A stretch of DNA of 64,000 nt, from the NCBI GenBank assembly GCA_002811645.1, contig PDIP01000063.1, positions 73,431 to 137,430 of the forward strand, given 5' to 3'. The translations under genes were made by a program, and so were the position numbers. Below the pieces are notes generated by a model. It saw nothing but the letters and a program-made list of their open reading frames with translations. It ran no database searches and was not told the origin of the DNA. The first letter of the stretch is position 1, and each line of letters opens with the position of its first letter. Source of the stretch: Corallochytrium limacisporum Hawaii (lineage: Eukaryota > Protista > Pluriformea). Below are positions 44,405 through 55,099 of this stretch, piece after piece.

Positions 44405-45808
44405 ATGGAGGCACCTGATAATAGTAATTTCGGACCCAATTTGGCCCGAGCCCGCAAAATGGCTGACTACAAAGGGCAGATGACCAGCATATTGACCGGC
44501 GGACTTGATTCTACTACCCCGCCCTCTCAACCGACGGGTGGTCGGAGACTGGTGCCGACGGATAACGTTGCAAGCAATCCGATCACTCCTATGGGCACAA
44601 CGCCGTCGGAACCACCGCGATATGGTCGGCCCTCGCACGATTCTGCGTTGCGCAGTGTCGAAGAACGACGGGCAGAGCAACGGCAGCAACAGGCGAGGAC
44701 GGGGCCCGACGCGTCTCACTTTCATTCGGCATCACCATTGCACTATGGGTCTGATTCAGGATACAATGTATCGACGCCAGCACTGGCACAACCAGTAGCA
44801 CCGTTGGCTTCAGTGGATGCGTCGAAGAAGCCACTGGAACCCTGGGAACGAGAGCTCATGGCCGCGCAACGAGCGTACGAACTAGGCGGAAAGCCGCAGG
44901 ACCACCTCGCTCAAATCAACGCAGAGCAAATGGTCATGAAACGCGGAAACTTATCCAGTGTTCTGCCATCGGGCAATAGTAATCCGCGGAAGATTCTACA
45001 GTATGGCAGTCCGGCCTATGTCAAGACCATTGAACAATCAGAGACCAAGGAGAAATCTTTCTATGGCAAGCGGAAGAATATTGTCGACGTCGGCTCTGGG
45101 GACGTTGCTTCCGCGCTGTTGGGCCCAGCAGGGATAGATGTATTGAAGGTGTCCGGCATCGGAAGCAATAAGGAACGGTCATCGACAAAGGGAGGATCCG
45201 AAACTGCTGCTCCCAAAACTCCAATCGATGCGAAGGGCAAGAAAGTGCCCAAAGCCGGGTCACGTACCGGTAGCAGTGCGCGCGACCTTGAGGACGAGAA
45301 CACACCGCCGACACTGGAGGATCTGATTCGAGCCGGTGGTGCCATGCAAGAGATCTTCCAGGTCCGCCTCCTGCGCATGCGAGCGGCCAAGTCGCTTATC
45401 GGCAAAGGGATTCCGCAAATGATCACCTATCTGCAACATATGAACGACGAAAGTCTGATCCGGGATGTCATGCCACACTTGTGCCAATACCCCGGGTTGT
45501 CCACTGCTGATGTGGCTGATATCCTGGAAATGATTGGGCAGTTGCTGCGGAGCAAATATGAGGACTATCTGATAACCGGCCTGGATGCCATTCCCCATGT
45601 CATGCGAACCTGGCGTAGAGATGAGCTGGCCTCGTCGACCTACAAGAAAGGGTCCATGGGAGAGGACCTGAACGTGACCGCGAACCATGACCGGGTCACT
45701 CACATTATTCATATCGTCAACAATCAGGTCACACAGATTATGACTTCACGCGATGGATTGGTCGCAACCCGTGCACGTCGGGCGTTGGAAAGTATGCACG
45801 CCCCGTGA
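44405..45808 (+). CDS. Katanin p80 con80-domain protein lacking WD40 repeats (KATNBL1-like)
   Basis: C-terminal MQEIFQVRLLRMRAA..ITYL..MND.SLIRDVMP.L..DIL..I..LLRSKYEDYLITGL matches the con80 domain. The N-terminus is low-complexity. Confidence 0.75.
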   Translation: MEAPDNSNFGPNLARARKMADYKGQMTSILTGGLDSTTPPSQPTGGRRLVPTDNVASNPITPMGTTPSEPPRYGRPSHDSALRSVEERRAEQRQQQARTGPDASHFHSASPLHYGSDSGYNVSTPALAQPVAPLASVDASKKPLEPWERELMAAQRAYELGGKPQDHLAQINAEQMVMKRGNLSSVLPSGNSNPRKILQYGSPAYVKTIEQSETKEKSFYGKRKNIVDVGSGDVASALLGPAGIDVLKVSGIGSNKERSSTKGGSETAAPKTPIDAKGKKVPKAGSRTGSSARDLEDENTPPTLEDLIRAGGAMQEIFQVRLLRMRAAKSLIGKGIPQMITYLQHMNDESLIRDVMPHLCQYPGLSTADVADILEMIGQLLRSKYEDYLITGLDAIPHVMRTWRRDELASSTYKKGSMGEDLNVTANHDRVTHIIHIVNNQVTQIMTSRDGLVATRARRALESMHAP

Positions 45809-45943
45809 ATCAGAAACGCCGGTTCGGTATTTGATTGACATGACCTTTAGACATAGCAAGCTCTACTTTATTGTATACACTCGTACATGATACCAAGAAC
45901 TATCCTCTCATTGAACTTTCTTGAATTTCACAGATGGTTGAAA

Positions 45944-47764
45944 TCACTCAACGCCTTCCATGTTAGGACCGTCGCCGAAGCTGCCAATGCCGCTGCCAGC
46001 GCTATCGTGCATTTCATCAGGGTTTTCATCGTCATTGTCTTCGTCCACATCTCGGTCCTGCAGCGGCACGTACTCGCCACGGGTGGTGTCATTGCGATCA
46101 TCCCCATGGCTACTGACCTGGGACCGTCGGTTACGATGCCTCACGGAGGCCAAGGCATGATCAATCACACCCTTACCCTGCCACAACAGCCTCCATTGTC
46201 CTCGCAAGACTGCCACCGCCATCATGGAGCCGATCGTACCTGGCAAGAGGTAGATTAGGGCCGGTTGCGGGTGATGGAAGACTGTCAGTACGATGAAGGT
46301 CATACCCAGACCGAGTACATAGCCCAGGGTCGTGACCGCGAGATATATCGGCCACGGTTCCTGTCGTGTGCCTGCGTTCCTACGCTGCGACGCGAGCCAG
46401 CGATCGAAGCGATATCCGAGCGCGACCACAAGTCCCGGTACAATAACGTCGCCGTATCCGAGCATGGATGGTGCAGATCCGCATGGGGCCCATGGATCAT
46501 TGAAGCGGGGTATTGTGAATATCACAGGCATGGTCTCGCCACCACCGTGGTGACCAGCAGCCACGCCCACCATGACGCTTGTGCCGCTCTTGGTCAAGTA
46601 GGGAGTGATGAAAACAAAGAAAGTGTCGTACATGAAGAAGCACAATCCGAGGACTGAGGCAACCTTCAAATTTCCCAAATGTACACTCCGCAGCAACGTA
46701 ACCACAAAGCAAAAGCCGAGAAAGTTTCGAAGCCACCAAATCCATTCATCCTTACGGTAAATCAACCACACCGTTGCCACGGCCCAAGATATTGCGAAGA
46801 GTACCAGACTCTTTCGGCTGACCTCGCCAAAGAACGGTATCGGAGTCGGGTACATGCCAGTGACTGGGATGTATCGTCTCAACGCAGCGAAAGTATAGAA
46901 GAAGCCCTGGATACTGCCCAGATAAAAGGCTAGAAGTACCAGATAGATCAGGTCCGAGTAAAACCAGTACATCAACGTCAAAAAAGCCGAGCTGAACGCC
47001 ACAGCTGCGGCAATCTTGGCAGCATCGCTCCATTTTCCTGAGCCTTTGCTGGTGTTGATACCGTCTTCACCTTGGTTGTGGTCGGATCCTGTGGTAGACG
47101 ATACGTGTGCTTGCTCTTCTAAGTCCAGTGGGCTCAAATTGCTCCACACGGCGCCTACAAACATGGTGACAATAGCCACGATGAAGAGCACCACCATGGA
47201 CCAGTCCCAAACCGGATCTTCCGGGACATAAATGGCTATCCGTTCGCCATTTTGAACAGTATCTTTTATGTCGAAACCCACAACAACTATTGGAATATTG
47301 ATCTCATCATAGGCCGTTTCATTGTCCGCTGCAGGCGTAAAGAAATAGGAGACATTGCTGAACACCACGAGCCCAGAGTGAGTGACTTCAGTGGGGATGT
47401 TCTTTGCTTTCTCTACAAAACTGCAATTGCCCCGCGTGCTGAGCACAAACTCCCCTGGTTGGAAGTCGTCAGCGTTCTCGAAACCGTCCGCCTGCCGCTT
47501 GCCATTGTTCACATTTGGCTGCTCTTCGTTGAGTTCCGTGCTGTTGTTCGGGATGTGATTCGAGTCGTAGTTGCAGGCATTCCTTGGCTCAGCCCACCGC
47601 ACTGCATGGTAGTCCGGGGCAGTTGGTAAGAGTGAAAACCGCGGATTGTACGCAACACAGTGTATCCGAGGCTTCTTCTCCTCTTTGAGCAGAGCTAGCT
47701 CTGCCGAGGCCCCACTCGCTAGTCCCAGGAGTACCACGAGTAGAGCGAAGAGAGTCCTTGGCAT
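45944..47764 (-). CDS. SPPL2: Signal peptide peptidase-like 2 (PA domain + GxGD intramembrane aspartyl protease)
   Basis: Signal peptide, PA domain (RGNCSFVEKA, INIPIVVV), catalytic YD (FFMYDTFFVFITP), LGYGDVIVPG and QPALIYL. Confidence 0.95.
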   Translation of the reverse strand: MPRTLFALLVVLLGLASGASAELALLKEEKKPRIHCVAYNPRFSLLPTAPDYHAVRWAEPRNACNYDSNHIPNNSTELNEEQPNVNNGKRQADGFENADDFQPGEFVLSTRGNCSFVEKAKNIPTEVTHSGLVVFSNVSYFFTPAADNETAYDEINIPIVVVGFDIKDTVQNGERIAIYVPEDPVWDWSMVVLFIVAIVTMFVGAVWSNLSPLDLEEQAHVSSTTGSDHNQGEDGINTSKGSGKWSDAAKIAAAVAFSSAFLTLMYWFYSDLIYLVLLAFYLGSIQGFFYTFAALRRYIPVTGMYPTPIPFFGEVSRKSLVLFAISWAVATVWLIYRKDEWIWWLRNFLGFCFVVTLLRSVHLGNLKVASVLGLCFFMYDTFFVFITPYLTKSGTSVMVGVAAGHHGGGETMPVIFTIPRFNDPWAPCGSAPSMLGYGDVIVPGLVVALGYRFDRWLASQRRNAGTRQEPWPIYLAVTTLGYVLGLGMTFIVLTVFHHPQPALIYLLPGTIGSMMAVAVLRGQWRLLWQGKGVIDHALASVRHRNRRSQVSSHGDDRNDTTRGEYVPLQDRDVDEDNDDENPDEMHDSAGSGIGSFGDGPNMEGVE

Positions 47765-48949
47765 GTTGATGTACTATCTGACTATGTGAACATACGAATT
47801 TGTTTTTTCTTAATGTTTACTCTTCTTTAACGTTATCCTTGTGACCAAGACCATGTCATGTTTCCCACTGCATTTACTCACATTGGTTCAAATGAACCAC
47901 GGTTTCTCGACATGGGTTAAATGCTTGCACGCAAGACCTCTCACAGCGCGGGCCACCTGCGTATCAGAGATGCTTGCCCAAAGTACCTTTGCAGTAAACA
48001 TGGTCATGTACCCGATATCAAATGGGGTCTAGAACCTCGATAGAATGCTCGTAGCCTGTTCAGACATACGAATCCTTGGGCCTGTTCGCTAAAACCGCTG
48101 AAACCCCCGGAGATTGTGTGCTCCTCCTTTCACCCGTATTCATCCATTTCCCTTTTGCCTCAACATAGTTACAGGAAAGTGGAGGAGCACAATTGGCCAG
48201 TTCTGAAATCCTAGACATTTTGACCACAGTGTCACTATTAAATCACTACCGATCACACCTGCGCCTCGTTTGTGAGGGGGGGCCCTCACGGGGTCTCTTC
48301 TGCGTGCCCGAATTGTTGCCACCACTCCATTTCCCGTTCGCACGGGGTTATCATTGTCCTATATACTTCACCGACTCTCATGTCGGATTGCGGGGACACC
48401 GGGGAAGGGGGGGGGGGGCCGGACGGATAAGAGTTGGGAACAAGAGAGCGAACGAACAGACGCAGCCCGGAGTTGATTCGTATAATCAATTTCTTAATGC
48501 ATTTGATTTTGAAATATATTTATAAACCCGAATATGCAAAGCAGATTTTTTTGGGTCGCCATTTGGGCAGCGCTCTCTGAATGGGGGTCATGCTGGAAGC
48601 TCCCTGATCCCTGTCAAGTTCACTCATATCAATATGCGCACAGGATACGAAAATATTGAGCAGTCCACCTGGCCATCCAAAGCAACACACTTATACATCA
48701 GGAGCAGTACACCTCAACTTCTCTCTGGCTGGTCTTGAAGACTCTGCGAGCAACACAACCGAGAATTGTTGGTCGGCTTTGAACATGTATTGCTGCTTGC
48801 TTCTTGCTTCTTGCTAGAGCGGGCTTTTGCAGTTGGTGAATCGATCACTGTGTGCGGCATCATACCCCTTTCTGGGTCTACCGCGGTAATCTCTGCGTAA
48901 TTCTAGTGATTTGGTCTTTGGAAAACACATGGCATGAACAGCTAAATAT

Positions 48950-50870
48950 AAAGTGCAACGACGTAAAGGTTGCGGTGGTTCCAACAGCGCAGAGATTAGA
49001 AAAAGTTCCTCCGCATTTGGACTGGGTTTAGAGCGGGTTTGAGGTCATAGTCATCACCACTCCTTCGAATATGCGGCGTTTTACTGTTAAATAGAGGTGT
49101 GAATACTTCGCTCGGGTAACCCTTTGTTCGCCCGCGAGTTTTTATGGGAGGTCTGGGTTGCGTGTGTGACGTTGGAATGTCCCATAAAAAGACGTGGAGG
49201 CCGAGTCGGAATTTCAACAACGGTGTGTTTCGACCTCGTGAGTCCGTCTCATCCACTCCGGATACATAGTAAACCTATGACGTTCCGAAACCTCTCCTTT
49301 TCTTCGGTGTTTTGGTTTCTTCTCTAGCGTTTTTTCTTTATCTCATTCACGCCGGCATTCTATGATCGAAAAAAATAAGAAAGACTTGCGCCGAATGTGG
49401 AGAGGCATCGAGAAGTGGTCGGTTTGTCGGTCACTGCCATCATCTGCTGTAGTCGTGCCCATCTCTGCCTGTGACTCTTGCAGCCATACTTTACGTAACC
49501 TGCATCATGGACCGTACCTACCACCCACAATACACATCGGGGTACTCTGAAAGAACACCACTGCACAGGCTAGCACGTACTCTAATCTCTATAAACCATC
49601 TAGCACCAATCACCATCGACTGCCATTGCGCAGCACGCAAAGAGGACATCTTAAACCGGGCCCTCGCACAAACAAAGAGGGTAATTAGTGTCAATGATTG
49701 ATAGGAGCAGAATCCCATGATGATGCCCATGATCGCATTCTGCATCGCTACTGCAATTCTCCGTCTCTTGGATGCTTGGTCGTAGATGAATTGAGCACGA
49801 ATTTCTGATCGTTGACCAGAGATGTCGTTGCTCCCCGAATTGGGGTCACCAACCGTCGGTATCAACACCCTTGACGTGAAAATGGCTCCCGATCTGGTTT
49901 CCATTTGGGCAATAGTTTTCTACTATTCCTTCGGTCACATGCTGTCCGTAGGGTCTCCTCATTTGAAACATTCATGGAGACAAGTAACCTTGTACATCTC
50001 GACTAGAAGGTCGATACAACGAAAACAACAGAGACCCCGCACGAGATGCATCCTACAACCGCGCAACATCCGAGAACCCAGATAAGGTTGTATAGTGCTG
50101 CAAGGATGGCAAGTGGGTTTCGTATATGAAGTATTGACATGGTAAAACCGACTGCTGACTTTCGATGCCCACTTTCTCTTGGCCGGCCCCCGTGCTTCCT
50201 CCGTGCGGTAAGTTGATGTATTGCGAAACGTTCGCTATGCTGCAATCTTTTGGTTTGTTTGTTCGGATTCCCCTATTCGATGTCCCGGTATCCCTGCAGG
50301 ATGAGGCGACTCCGTTAATATCCATGCACCGGCCGGGCAAACATTCCCTTCATCAAGTATTCAACCATCGCGCGCATCCACCAAACGGACAGTGCACATT
50401 ACGAAATGTACAGGTTGCGAAATCGGGACAATCCACATGGAGGAGAGAGCTCAGCTCCAAACAGAACGGGGACTGCGCAGACATGTACCAAATCCCTAAC
50501 GCAACATGGTACCCAAACACTGACGATAAGTTTAGGTTTGACCAAGACCTGCACGATGAGTGTTCTAGGATATGGTCCGGGCAGAAGATAGACCAGTTCA
50601 AAGTCGACGTCAAACGTTGACCCACTGGATTGCTGTTGCCGCTACTTCCTCTACGCCGTCTAGAGCGCAGCGTCGAGAACAACGACCGCCTATAACAAAA
50701 GGAAGATCCTGCAATCGTAGACTCATCAATTGCATCGTCGGAGCTTCCGGAAAGGTAACCGTACGACTAGTCGATGGCTTCGCGTGATGGATGCCTGCCC
50801 TCTGACCTCCACCCAGTGGGTTTCTTGATCATTGCGGAAATTCTATGGTACTTGCGACGTCTCGCCGGCT
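48950..50870 (+). mobile_element. Decayed Ty1/Copia pol remnant (element B; RT clear, integrase faint)
   Basis: ARMASGFRI*SID at ~50100 (~ARLVAKGFRQ.GID), CETFA, IPLFDVPVS..ISMHRPG (~QFDV.TAF..IYM.QP.G), CTLRNVQVAKSGQSTW (~CKL.KSLYGLKQS.R.W), CIVGA..TVR..DGFA (~SIVGAL..TRPD..FA) and EILWYLR (~RILRYLK). Boundaries approximate. Confidence 0.6.
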
Positions 50871-51499
50871 GTGTGTTTTTCAAAGTTCTTTTGTGGGTAG
50901 CTTGGGTGCCCGCCACGTTTCCTCACCGCACTACGTCTGCCAAAGTTCCAGTTACCTTCGTTTCTCTCCGTCTCTCTCTCTCTCTCTCTGTCTCGCTTTG
51001 TGCCTGTGTTCGTGTGTTTACCAGTCTCGAGTCTCTCCTGTTCTCGTATCCAGCGCAAGAAACATGTACTGCAACCTACAGTGTGGGAAGAGTTCTTTCT
51101 GTTGTTCACAACAAGCACCATGCTCACAGTACTTGTATGGGTCTCACTATGTCGCAATCGGCACGGTGAACACCCTATTTTTTGAACCTTCTTACGTTTT
51201 GTGTAGGATTTCGCGCTCCCCACATGTGCCGAAGTAATGTCCAACTTACACACACTGACGTAGTTTGGGATAGCAGAATAGTGCAATCTCATACTGAATG
51301 TATAAGTCCGGAGTGGGCAAAGGAAAAAGGCAAAACAACCGAAAATTGGATCTCCTCTTTTTCCCAATCTTTAACAGCGGAGAGATGGATTTCTAACTTT
51401 CTCATCAATTGGCTCCACATTTGCCCTTTAGCGGTGCAGCGCGCTCGTTTCAGTGGATGACTTGCAGGTGGATCCCGATCGTTTTGGCTGCCCTGCGTG

Positions 51500-53830
51500 A
51501 AACTCTCGGGATGGCCACTCCGCGATGCTTGAAGCCCCCCTAGGAGACTAGGTCCATGTGGGCAGCTGCCGCGCTTAGCGGCGCGGTCCTCCTCTTCACA
51601 TTCCGAAGGCACCTCACTCAGTTGCTGCCGTGTGTTGCGGTGCACGCGTGTGGCGGGTGAATACCGGATTATGTACGGAAAGGATGCATACGGCAGCTGA
51701 TTGGCACGCGAGTTCCGTATGGATCTCTGCGGTGTCCCGGAATCTCCGTTTCGGTTCGTTTGCACGTCAAAGTCAACAAGCAGGACCGTTACATACACAC
51801 AGTGCACCGGACCCATACCAAATCGAAGTCCGTGCCGCCCTCGTCCTTCTGTCTCGTTCCGGTGTACTGGAGTTGGCATGGCTTGGGCATGCACAGGTGA
51901 CACACTGAAACATCGGAGTATCAGGTAAGAGTTAGCAATACATACACAGCAAGAAAAGAGAAATTGTTTGACGCTCTCAGGCGATACATGGTCCCAATAC
52001 CGGAGAAGGCCTGTCAATGATGTCCTTCACTATTCGCCGGCAACGAGTCACCCATTCGGCCGGCTTTGATTTCCGAAAACCCACACACTTCCTATGAGTC
52101 AGTGACTTTCTCCATTGATAATTCAACCCCCAGACAATTTTTCTCCAAACACAGTCGGCGCCGTCAAATCTCCGAGGGAGTGCCCGAGTGGGTGCAACCC
52201 GAGTTGGAACAGTTCCAGCGAGCTTTCTCTGCGTAGGCGGTGCGAGTATGTCTCGCGGGTGAATGCTTATGGCAGTGCTGAATACTGAAAACGGAAAACA
52301 GCTGAGGAAGGGTTGACATCGGGAGTGGTTTTCTTTTTCTTCGGGTCCGGTGTGGCATGCCGGGCTTTCACATATTTCGGTTCGTTCCATTTGATGCCCA
52401 TGCGTATCATTGACGAGTATCATGACCATTGAATTCCTTCTATACATAAACAATGGTCTCGGGTACGATGTGATGAAATGAGCCAGTAATTGAGAACCTT
52501 CTTTTTAGAGGCAAACTCAAAACTTGAAAATTTGGGGGCACAACATGCCCATACTTACTATGTCACGCGGAAAAGACACACACTTGGCCCGTTCGAAACT
52601 GGGCCCCAGCATTCGCTGTCAGACACTTTGGCTTTTTTCTCCTTGGGCACACACTGCAGTGCCACCGGCGTGCCATTTTCGTGTTCTATTTTCAGCCACA
52701 CTGCTTGTGCTAAGCAAGCAGTAAGTAGGTGTTAATGATTATTGTGTTTTGAGTGCTTCACGCGAGTAATGGGGTTGTCCGGATCGGGTTTCCCTAACAG
52801 TCGTTCAAGCCCATGGATGTCACTGAAAGCGATCAAACCTGCGAACGAAAGATCGCCGTGTGGTGATATAGTTCACTCATCCAAAACAAACAGGAGCAGA
52901 AGATCATTATATGCGCATCAGACTTGCAGCATCCTGTCTGCCATCTCGTCGGCGTGTATATTGAAGTAAACGCGACTTCTAGTCTCCATGTGAACCCACA
53001 CTCAGACGACAACAGTCGGATCGACCGCTGTCGGTCATCACTCCGTTGGTATTTTGTGTTTCATTACAGGGTCCTCAGTTGCCCCACTAGTACACGTTTT
53101 GTTGCCCAGAGAAGAAATAGAGGTACTTCAGAATGCCTACCGTACCCATAGTAAATCCCGACAGCGACCGCAAACGTTTTCATCCTCCGTTGTGGTCGTC
53201 TGGTACCGTGCAAAGTGTGCGTTTCATTCCAAAAAAAAAAATTGAAAATAGTGTCCTTGATCCCTGCAGGTCATCACACTGCCTCTTTTCTTCTGGGGTG
53301 CATGTGACGATGATGCCGGCTCAGCGGCATGTCCTGCCCGCGATACGCTTTGTTTGGCCTGCCTTTGTCCCTTTACGGTTTTCTGCTATACTTCACCGGA
53401 CGGGATCCGACGGCCCACCATCAATCAGCACAGTCCGTACATGATTTTTTGTTTCAAACCTCCCATTTTCGCCGCCCAACTCAGGCGTCGCCACTAGACA
53501 ACGGCACCCACGGTGTAGTTCAGACACAATACCTCTAATACCTCTCGCGGGCGGTAGGCAACCCACCCCAGATATCTTGGTACTAAAAAGATGTATGTCT
53601 ACGAGCATACATACACGAACCAGGGCAGGCTGACGAAGATAGACCAGTCCATCTCATCGTCCACTGATGATGCAGCTCTGGGGACCTAAACAGCCAAAGG
53701 CAAAATAAAAGCGACGTAAGAGTTAAATAAAATATTCTCTCCAGATCGGAAGGGCTCAGGGTATCAGCACCCGACCCCGGAATCCATAGAATGACTACCG
53801 AGTGGCGAGACCTGGACGGCACAGGGAGGG
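51500..53830 (-). mobile_element. Decayed Ty1/Copia pol remnant (element C; integrase then RT)
   Basis: Integrase-like LWIP..FYLTL..LWLF and RGIVSE..TPE..NGRFETKN.VRTVL, then DNPIT..EALK and ENGT. RT-like CVWRKIVWGL..W...L...GFRKSK, IVKDII (~YVDDII), YVTVLLVDF..GTP, PYAS..Y..ATR and QLSE..EE..AAKR. Integrase before RT is the Copia domain order. Confidence 0.7.
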
Positions 53831-53857
53831 GAAGAGTGATAATGGTACAAAAAGGAA

Positions 53858-54108
53858 NNNNNNNNNNNNNNNNNNNNNNNNNNNNNNNNNNNNNNNNNNN
53901 NNNNNNNNNNNNNNNNNNNNNNNNNNNNNNNNNNNNNNNNNNNNNNNNNNNNNNNNNNNNNNNNNNNNNNNNNNNNNNNNNNNNNNNNNNNNNNNNNNNN
54001 NNNNNNNNNNNNNNNNNNNNNNNNNNNNNNNNNNNNNNNNNNNNNNNNNNNNNNNNNNNNNNNNNNNNNNNNNNNNNNNNNNNNNNNNNNNNNNNNNNNN
54101 NNNNNNNN
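53858..54108. other. Assembly gap
   Basis: Run of N. Confidence 1.
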
Positions 54109-55099
54109 GGGGGAGAGGAGAGTAATAGTGGTTAGTCCACTCTCCTGGAAGATGGATCAAAAAAAGGAAGAGTAATTCTTCTCGGGGCGGAGGCGGAAGG
54201 GCGCGCAATTGGAAGCAGCAACGAATGACAAGACGGGCTTATATTTGTGCGATTCGTCGAGTCGGTGTCAGCTTTACTTGTGTGTGTATTGTTGAGATCG
54301 ATGTGAGAGGACAGAACGATCAAGCAGTTCGCATTCAGGCAACTGAGATCGATGGCTCCCAGAATGAATGGAAAGACTGTGTAGAGAGTGCATGTGATGA
54401 TGATCTTGCGATGGTCACTTCCTTCCACCAAGGAGTTCTAAACTATGGGCAATGTCTGGTTTATCACATGATACTATTTTCTGTTCGGTGGCTGCTCTCG
54501 CTCACTAGCGATCGGTTGACTTACATCCCACACAGAACTGGGCCTTCTCGGTGCTTTTTATTCTCTCGGTCGCTCTCACTTCATTCTGTATCCCTCTGTA
54601 TGGGCCTGCCGTTGATGCATAGACAGTGACAAGCGCGAAAACACAAAACTTCATGGTAGCGGGGACACGGAGTAGGAGCGGAGCCCGCGCAGAAAGCACC
54701 AAAGAAGGTTTTGGCAGATTGTTTAAGATGAACGCCGAACAGCAACAATGTGCGGCACGCATTCTCGTCGCCCGTCGTGCAGCAGCAGCCGAAACCACAT
54801 CTACAGCATAAGTACTGAAGGAATTTCTAGTTCATCCAGTGTTCTTTCCTTTGGCAGTCGTTGGTGGCGGTGTCCGTAGATGATGACCAACCATGGCCTC
54901 CAGTTGGATACCATTCTGCGTGGTGCTGCCTGCAGGTGTCTTGTGGACCACATGCAATGACGATGGGTCTGGGTTGCATGGCTTCAGCTTTATGATAATT
55001 TGTTGTCCTTCCGCAGCCCTGCAGCCCCACCAGAGAAGACATTATGCCCCGGTCCTGTGGTAAACACACCAAAGAAAAATGGTAAAAACGAAAAATGAA

